DNA from: the human T2T-CHM13v2.0 reference genome, Homo sapiens
Length of the DNA: 64,000 bases
Strand: one strand, 5' to 3'
NCBI RefSeq assembly: GCF_009914755.1
Contig: NC_060935.1
The notes under the pieces are model-generated. The model was not told the DNA's origin. It saw nothing but the letters and a program-made list of their open reading frames with translations, and did no database searches. A program made the position numbers and the translations under genes. Below, piece after piece: positions 51,330 through 64,000 of this stretch (positions are counted from its first letter, which is position 1; every line of letters begins with the position of its first letter).

Positions 51330-52587
51330 ACATTTTAGAGTTTTTTCATTGACACATTATATTTACATGTTTATTGGGTATATGTGAGCGTTTGTTACAT
51401 GCATGGAATGAGTGATAATCAAGCCAGGGTAATTTGGGGTATCCATCACCATGCATGTATGCATGTTTATCATTTTTAGGTGTTTTATCATTTCTAGTCT
51501 TCTAGTTACTTTGCAATATACATAATAGTATTGCTACATATGGTCACCCTAGTCTGCTATCAAACATTAGGATGATTTCTTCAATCTAACTGCATGTTTG
51601 TATCCATAAACAACCTCTCTTCACCTCCCTTTCCCAGTTTCTGATATCTATCCTATTCTTGATGTCCATGAGATCAAGTTTTTACATCCCACATATGAGT
51701 GAGAACATGTGGTATTTATCTTTTTGTGCTTCCCTTACGTCACTTATCATAATAAAACCCATTTCCATCCATGTTGCTGGAAAAGGATTCCACTCTTTTT
51801 AATGGCTGAATAGTGTATGTGTATATATGTGTATGGGTATTTGTGCAGGTATGGGTACCTATGGGTGTGGGTGTAGGTGTGTATCCAGAAAACAAATAGT
51901 ACATATAAACACATACATGTACATGCATGCATGTGCACACACACACTCACACACACACACCATTTTTCTTGTCCAATCAGCCATTGATGAACACTTAGGT
52001 TGATTCCATATCTGTTCTATTGGGAATAGCATTGTGATAAACCTGTGAGTCAAATGTATCCCTTTGAGAAAATAATTTCTTTTCTTTTGGATAGATACCC
52101 TGTAGTGAGATTGCTGCATCATGTAGTAGTTCTAGATTTAGTTTTTCTGAGAAATATCTATACTGCTTTCCATAATGGTTGCACTAATTTACATTCCCAC
52201 CATGTCTAAGAGTACCCTTTTCTCTGCAACCTCACCAGCATCTGGGTGTGTGTGTGTCTGTGTGAGTGTGTGCATCTGTCAATAATAAACATTCTGTGGT
52301 GAGATAATATCTCATTGTGGTTTTTATTTACAATCCCTGATAATTAGTGTTGAGCATTTTTCATATACTATTGGTCTTTTGTAAGTCTTCTTTTGAAAAA
52401 TATTGTTCATTTTTAGTGGGATTGTTTGGTTTTCTATAGTTGAATTGTTATTCTTGTATAGAATACATATTAGTCCCCTTTGGATGAGCACTTTGCAAAT
52501 ATTTTCTCCCATTCAAGTGATTTGCACTTCCCTTGTAATAGGTGATGTTGAGCAGATTTTCATATACCTATTAGCCATTTGTACATC
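51330..52587 (-). mobile_element. L1MA-type 3' end, antisense, with TG/CA simple repeats
   Basis: Antisense 3'UTR and ORF2 end (IWNQPKCSSMADW). Confidence 0.75.
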
Positions 52588-55696
<3,109 letters not shown>

Positions 55697-58600
55697 GTGG
55701 TTCCAAGATGGCCGAATAGGAACAGCTCCAGTCTACAGCTCCCAGCATGAGTGACGCAGAAGACAGGTGATTTCTGTATTTCCAACTGAGGTACCAGGTT
55801 CATCTCACTGGGGTGTGTCAGACAGTGGGTGCAGGACAGTGGGTGCAGCCCACCAAGCAAGAGCCAAGGCAGGGTGAGGCATCACCTCCCCTGGGAAGTG
55901 CAAGGGGTAAGGGAACTCACTTTCCTAGCCAAGGGAAGCCATGACAGACAGCACCTGGAAAATTGGGTCACTACCACCCTAATAGTGCACTTTTCCAATG
56001 GTCTTAGCAAACAGCACACCAGGAAAATATATCTCGTGCCTGGCTCAGAGGGTCCCATGCCCACAGAGCCTCACTCATTACTAGCACAGCAGTCTGAGAT
56101 CTAACTACAAGGTGGCAGTGAGGCTGGGGGGAGGGGTGACTGCCATTGCTGAGGCTTGAGTAGGTAAACAAAGCGGCCAAGAATCTCAAACTGGGTGGAG
56201 CCCACCACAGCTCAAGAAGACCTGACTGCCTCTGTAGACTCCACCTCTGGGGGCAGGGCATAGCTGAACAAAAGGAAGCAGAAACCTCTGCATATTTAAA
56301 TGTCCCTGTCTGACAGCTTTGAAGACAGTACTGATTTTCCCAGCATGGAGTTTGAGATCTGAGAATGGACAGACTGCCTCCTCAAGTGGGTCCCTGACCC
56401 CCAAGTAGCCTAATTGGGAGGCACTCCCTGGCAAACAGGGTCTGGAGTGGACCTCCAGCAAACTCCAACAGACCTGCAGCTGAGGGTTCTGACTGTTAGA
56501 AGGAAAACAAACAGAAAGGACATCCACACCAAAACCCCATCTGTATGTCACCATCATCAAAGACCAAAAGTAGATAAAGCCACAAAGATGGGGAAAAGAC
56601 AGAGCAGAAAAACTGGAAACTCTAAAAATCAGAGCACCTCTCCCCCTCCAAAGGAAGGCAGCTCCTTGCCAGCAACAGAACAAAGCTGGATGGAGAGTGA
56701 CTTTGACAAGTTGAGAGAAGAAAGCTTCAGATGATCAACCTTCTCCGAGCTAAAGGGGGAAGTTTGATCCCATTGCAAACAAGATAAAAACCTTGAAAAA
56801 AGATTAGGTGAATGGCTGACTGAATAACCAGCATAGAGAAGTCCCTAAACGACCTGACGGAGCTGAAAACCATGGCTCAAGAACTATGTGATGAATGTGC
56901 AAGCTTCAGTAACTGATTCGATCAACTGGAAGAAAGGGTATCAGTGATTGAAGATCAAACGAATGAAATGAAGTGAGAAAAGGAGTTTAGAGAAAAAAGA
57001 GTAAAAAGAAATGAACAAAGCCTCCAAGAAATATGGGACTATGTGAAAAGACCAAATCTACATCTGATTGGTGTACCTGAAAGTGACAAGGAGAATGGAA
57101 CCAAGTTGGAAAACACTCTGCAGGATATTATCCAGGGGAACTTGCCCAACCTAGCAAGGCAGGCCAACATTCAAATTCAGGAAATACAGAGAACACCACA
57201 AAGATACTCCTTGAGAACAGCAACTCCAAGACACATAATTTTCAGATTCAACAAAGTTAAAATGAAGGAAAAAATGTTAAGGGCAGCCAGAGAGAAAGGT
57301 TGGGTTACCATCAAAGGGAAGCCCATCAGAGTAACAGTGGATCTCTCAACAGAAACTCTACAAGCCAGAAGAGAGTGGGGGCAAATATTCAACATTCTTA
57401 AAGAAAAGAATTTTCAACCCAGAATTGCATATCCAGCCAAACTAAGCTTCATAAGTGAAGGAGAAATAAAATACTTTACAGACAAGCAAATGCTGAGAGA
57501 TTTTGTCACTACCAGGCCTGCCCTAAAAGAGCTCCTGATGGAAGCACTAAACATGGAAAGGAACAATCGGTACCAGCCACTGCAAAAACATGCCAAAATG
57601 TAAAGACCATCAATGCCAGGAAGAAGCTGCATCAACTAACAAGCAAAATAACCAGCTAACATCATAATGACAGGATCAAATTCACACACAACAATATTAA
57701 CTTTAAATGTAAGTGGGCTAAATGCTCCAATTAAAAGACACAGAGTGGCAAATTGGATAAAAATTCAAGACCCATCAGTGTGCTGTACTCAGGAGACCCA
57801 TCTCACATGCAGAGACACACACAGGCTCAAAATAAAGGAATGGAGGAAGATCTACCAAGCAAATGGAAAACAAAAAAAGGCAGGGGTTGCAATCCTAGTC
57901 TCTGATAAAACAGACTTTAAACCAACAAAGATCAAAGAGACAAAGAAGGCCATTACATAATGGTAAAGGGATCAATTCAACAAGAAGAGCTAACTATCCT
58001 AAATATATATGCACCCAATACAGGAGCACCCAGATTCATAAAGCAAGTCCTTAGAGACTTACAAAGAGACTTAGAGTCCCACACAATACTAATGGGAGAC
58101 TTCAACACCCCACTATCAACATTAGACAGATCAATGAGACAGATAGTTAACAAGGATATTCAGGAATTGAACTCAGCTCTGCACCAAGCAGACCTAATAG
58201 ACATCTACAGAACCCTCCACCCCAAATCAACAGAAAATACATTCTTCTCAGCACCACATCACACTTATTCCAAAACTGACCGCATAGTTGGAACTAAAAC
58301 ACTCCTCAGCAAATGTAAAAGAGCAGAAATTATAACAAACTCTTTCTCAGACCACAGTGCAATCAAACTAGAACTCAGGATTAATAAATTCACGCAAAAC
58401 CACTCAACTACATGGAAACTGAACAACCTGCTCCTGAATGACTACTGGGTACATAACGAAATGAAGGCAGAAATAAAGATGTTCTTTGAAACCAACGAGA
58501 ACAAAGACACAACATACCAGAATCTCTGGGACACATTTAAAGCAGTGTGTAGAGGGAAATTTATAACATTAAATGTGCACAAGAAAAAGAAGGAAAGATC

Positions 58601-60558
58601 TAAAATTGACACCCTAACATCACAATTAAAAGAACTAGAGAAGCAAGAGCAAACACATTCAAAAGCTAGCAGAAGGCAAGAAATAACTAAGATCAGAGCA
58701 GAACTGAAGGAGATAGAGACACAAAAAACCCTTCAAAGAATCAATGAATCCAGGAGCTGGTTTTTGGAAAAGATCAACAAAATTGATAGACTACGAGCAA
58801 AACTAATAAAGAAGAAAAGAGAGAAGACTCAAATAGATGCAGTAAAAAATTATAAAGGAGATATCACCACCGATCCCACAGAAATACAAACTATCATCAG
58901 AGAATACTATAAACACCTCTACACAGATAAACTAGAAAATCTAGAAGAAATGGATAAATTCCTTGACACATACACCCTCCCAAGACTAAACCAGGAAGAA
59001 TTTGAATCCCTGAATAGATCAATAACAGCCTCTGAAATTGAGGCAATAATTAATAGCCTACCAACCAAAAAAAGTCCAGGACCAGATGGATTCACAGCTG
59101 AATTCTACCAGAGGTACAAGGAGGAGCTTGTACCACTCCTTCTGAAACTATTCCAATCAAAAGAAAAAGAGGGAGTCCTCCCTAATTCATTTTATGAGGC
59201 CAACATCATCCTGATACCAAAGCCTGGCAGAGACACACACACAAAAAAATTTCAGGCCAATATTCTTGATGAACATCCATGTGAAAATCCTCAATAAAAT
59301 ACTGGCAAACAGAATCCAGCAGCACATTAAAAAACTTATCCACCATGATCAAGTTGGCTTCATACCTGGGGTGCAAGGCTGCTTCAACATACACAAATCA
59401 ATAAATGTAATCCATCATATAAACAAAACCAATGACAAAAACCACATGATTATCTCAATAGATGCAGAAAAGGCCTTCAATAAAATTCAACACCCCTTCA
59501 TGCTAAAAACACTCAATAAACTTGGTATTGATTAAACACATCTCAAAATAATAAGAGCTATTTATGATAAACTCACAGCCAATATCATACTCAATGGGCA
59601 AAACCTGGAAGCATTCCCTCTGAAAACTGACACAAGACAAGGATGCCCTCTGTCACCACTCCTATTATTCAAAATAGTATTGGAAGCTGTGGCCAAGGCA
59701 ATCAGGCAAGAGAAATAAATAAATGGTATTCAAATAGGAAAAGAGGAAATCAGATTGTCTCTGTTTGCATATGACATGATTGTATATTTAGAAAACCCCA
59801 TTGTCTCAGCCCGAAAAACTCCTTAAGCTGAAAAACAACTTCAGCAAAGTCTCAGGATACAAAATCAACGTGCAAAACTCAAAAGCATTCCTGTACACAA
59901 ATAATAGACAAGCAGAGAGCCAAATCATGAGTGAACTCCCATTCACAATTGCTACAAAGAAAATAAAATACCTAGGAATACAACTTAGAAGGGATATGAA
60001 GGACCTCTTCAAGGAGAACTACAAACCACTGCTCAAGGAAATAAGAGAGGACACAAACAAATGAAAAAACTTTCCATGCTCATGGATGGAAAGAATCAAT
60101 ATTGTGAAAATGGTCATACTGCCCAAATAATTTATAAATTCAGTGCTATCCTCATCAAACTACCATTGACTTTTTTCACAGAATTAGAAAAAACTACTTT
60201 AAAGTTCATGTGGTACCAAAAAAGAGCCCATATAACCAAGACAATCCTAAACAAAAAGAACGAAGCTGAAGGCATCACGCTACCTGACTTCAAACTATAA
60301 TACAAGGCTACAGTCACCAGAACAACATGGTACTGGTAATGAAACAGATATATAGACCAATGGAACAGAACAGAGGCCTCAGAAATACCACCACACATCT
60401 ACAACCATCTGATCTTTGACAAACCTGACAGAAACAAGCAATGGGGAAAGGATTCCCTATTCAATAAATGGTGCTGGGAAAACTGGCTAGCCATATGCAG
60501 AAAACAGAAACTGGACCCATTTACACCTTATACAAAAATGAGCTCAAGATGGATTAAA
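55697..60558 (+). mobile_element. L1PA5/6-like element (middle member of the nest), mosaic
   Basis: ggttccaagatggccgaatagg start; ORF1 56588-57603 broken; ORF2 from 57667 with a 445-aa open stretch; interrupted at aagatggattaaa. Confidence 0.85.
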
Positions 60559-60794
60559 GGAGGGAGGAGCCAAGATGGCCGAATAGGAACAGCTCCTGTC
60601 TACAGCTCCCAGCGTGAGCGATGCAGAAGACAGGTGATTTCTGCATTTCCATCTGAGGTACCGGGTTCATCTCACTTGGGAGTGCCAGACAGTGGGCGCA
60701 GGTCAGTGGGTGTGTGCACCGTGCGCGAGCCAAAGCAGGGCGAGGCATTGCCTCACTTGGGAAGCGCAAGGGGTCAGGGAGTTCACTTTCCGAG

Positions 60795-61010
60795 TCAAAG
60801 AAAGGGGTGACAGACACACCTGGAAAATCCGGTCACTCCCACCCAAATACTGCGCTTTTCCGACTGGCTTAAAAAACGGCGCACCACGAGATTATATCCT
60901 GCACCTGGCTCGGAGGGTCCTATGCCCACGGAGTCTCGCTGATTGCTAGCACAGCAGTCTGAGATCAAACTGCAAGGCGGCAGCAAGGCTGGGGGAGGGG
61001 CGCCCGCCAT
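60795..61010 (-). CDS. Intact L1 ORF0 (71 aa)
   Basis: ATG at 61010; [71 protein letters not shown] matches the primate L1 antisense ORF0. Confidence 0.75.
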   Translation of the reverse strand: MAGAPPPALLPPCSLISDCCASNQRDSVGIGPSEPGAGYNLVVRRFLSQSEKRSIWVGVTGFSRCVCHPFL

Positions 61011-61457
61011 TGCCCAGGCTTGCTTAGGTAAACAAAGCAGCTGGGAATCTCCAACTGGGTGGAGCCCACCACAGCTCAAGGAGGCCTGCCTGCCTCTGTA
61101 GGCTCCACCTCTGGGGGCAGGGCACAGACAAACAAAAAGACAGCAGTAACCTCTGCAGACTTAAATGTCCCTGTCTGACAGCTTTGAAGAGAGCAGTGGT
61201 TCTCCCAGCACGCAGCTGGAGATCTGAGAACCGGCAGACTGCCTCCTCAAGTGGCTCCCTGACCCCGAGCAGCCTAACTGGGAGGCACCCCCCAGCAGGG
61301 GCAGACTGACACCTCACACGGCAATGTACTCCAACAGACCTGCAGCTGAGGGTCCTGTCTGTTAGAAGGAAAACTAACAAACAGAAAGGACATCCACACC
61401 AAAAACCCATCTGTACATCACCATCATCAAAGACCAAAAGTAGATAAAACCACAAAG

Positions 61458-62474
61458 ATGGGGAAAAAACAGAACAGAAAAACTGGAAACTCTAAAAAGC
61501 AGAGTGCCTCTCCTCCTCCAAAGGAACACAGTTCCTCACCAGCAACGGAACAAAGCTGGATGGAGAATGACTTTGACGAGCTGAGAGAAGAAGGCTTCAG
61601 ACGATCAAATTACTCTGAGCTACGGGAGGACATTCAAACCAAAGGCAAAGAAGTTGAAAACTTTGAAAAAAATTTAGAAGAATGTATAACTAGAATAACC
61701 AATACAGAGAAGTGCTTAAAGGAGCTGATGGAGCTGAAAGCCAAGGCTCGAGAACTACGTGAAGAACGCAGAAGCCTCAGGAGCCAATGCAATCAACTGG
61801 AAGAAAGGGTATCAGTGATGGAAGATGAAATGAATGAAATGAAGTGAGAAGGGAAGTTTAGAGAAAAAAGAATAAAAAGAAATGAGCAAAACCTCCAAGA
61901 AATATGGGACTATGTGAAAAGACCAAATCTACGTCTGATTGGTGTACCTGAAAGTGATGGGGAGAATGGAACCAAGTTGGAAAACACTCTGCAGGATATT
62001 ATCCAGGAGAACTTCCCCAATCTAGCAAGGCAGGCCAACGTTCAGATTCAGGAAATACAGAGAACGCCACAAAGATACTCCTCGAGAAGAGCAACTCCAA
62101 GACACATAATTGTCAGATTCACCAAAGTTGAAATGAAGGAAAAAATGTTAAGGGCAGCCAGAGAGAAAGGTCGGGTTACCATCAAAGGGAAGCCCATCAG
62201 ACTAACAGCGGATCTCTCGGCAGAAACCCTACAAGCCAGAAGAGACTGGGGGCAAATATTCAACATTCTTATAGAAAAGAATTTTCAACCCAGAATTTCA
62301 TATCCAGCCAAACTAAGCTTCATAAGCGAAGGAGAAATAAAATACTTTACAGACAAGCAAATGCTGAGAGATTTTGTCACCACCAGGCCTGCCCTAAAAG
62401 AGCTCCTGAAGGAAGTGCTAAACATGGAAAGGAACAACCGGTACCAGCCACTGCAAATTCATGCCAAAATGTAA
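61458..62474 (+). pseudogene. L1 ORF1p, full 338-codon frame with a single nonsense codon (R130*)
   Basis: MGKKQNRKTGNSK...YQPLQIHAKM*; TGA at 61845-61847. Confidence 0.9.
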
Positions 62475-62977
62475 AGACCATCGAGACTAGGAAGAAACTG
62501 CATCAACTAACGAGCAAAATAACCAGCTAACATCATAATGACAGGATCAAATTCACACATAACAATATTAACTTTAAATGTAAATGGACTAAATGCTCCA
62601 ATTAAAAGACACAGACTGGCAAATTGCATAAAGAGTCAAGACCCATCAGTGTGCTGTATTCAGGAAACACATCTCACATGCAGAGACACACATAGGCTCA
62701 AAATAAAAGGATGGAGGAAGATCTACCAAGCAAATGGAAAACAAAAAAAGGCAGGGGTTGCAATCCTAGTCTCTGATAAAACAGACTTTAAACCAACAAA
62801 GATCAAAAGAGACAAAGAAGGCCATTACATAATGGTAAAGGGATCAATTCAACAAGAAGAGCTAACTATCCTAAATATATATGCACCCAACACAGGAGGA
62901 CCCAGATTCATAAAGCAAGTCCTGAGTGACCTACAAAGAGACTTAGACTCCCACACAATAATAATGGGAGACTTTAA

Positions 62978-63421
<444 letters not shown>

Positions 63422-63424
63422 TGA

Positions 63425-64000
<576 letters not shown>

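Noticed and set aside
57960-59297. 445-aa ORF as a functional gene or active L1
   Set aside because: It is an L1 ORF2 fragment bounded by frameshifts; ORF1 is broken and the element is interrupted at 60558.

Overview
Primate (most likely human, 11q12.3) genomic DNA. It holds the 3' half of the organic anion transporter gene SLC22A9/OAT7 on the + strand: six coding exons (5-10; 914-35120, 832 nt) with GT-AG boundaries and matching phases, ending in the PDZ-type C-terminus EVTQF. Most of the rest is retrotransposon-derived. It includes layered and nested LINE-1 copies, three Alus, THE1, MLT2A and MER30, a full-length L1PA4 (43987-50195) and a nested stack of three progressively younger L1PAs (53043-64000). 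That stack interrupts a processed pseudogene of the domesticated hAT transposase gene FAM200B. I see no new multi-gene system. The most unusual signals are: (i) neighbouring L1s of different subfamilies share private mutations, suggesting local gene conversion; (ii) an in-frame fusion ORF joins L1 antisense 5'UTR to the FAM200B C-terminus; (iii) a 40-bp tail-less L1 insert has a perfect 12-bp duplication; (iv) a templated-insertion repair scar lies inside the L1PA4; (v) a composite insertion ends in an unidentified mRNA-like 3' end; and (vi) the ZNF93-target region of the L1 5'UTR occurs in three states side by side. Repeat boundaries and subfamily calls were made by eye from recalled consensus sequences and are approximate.
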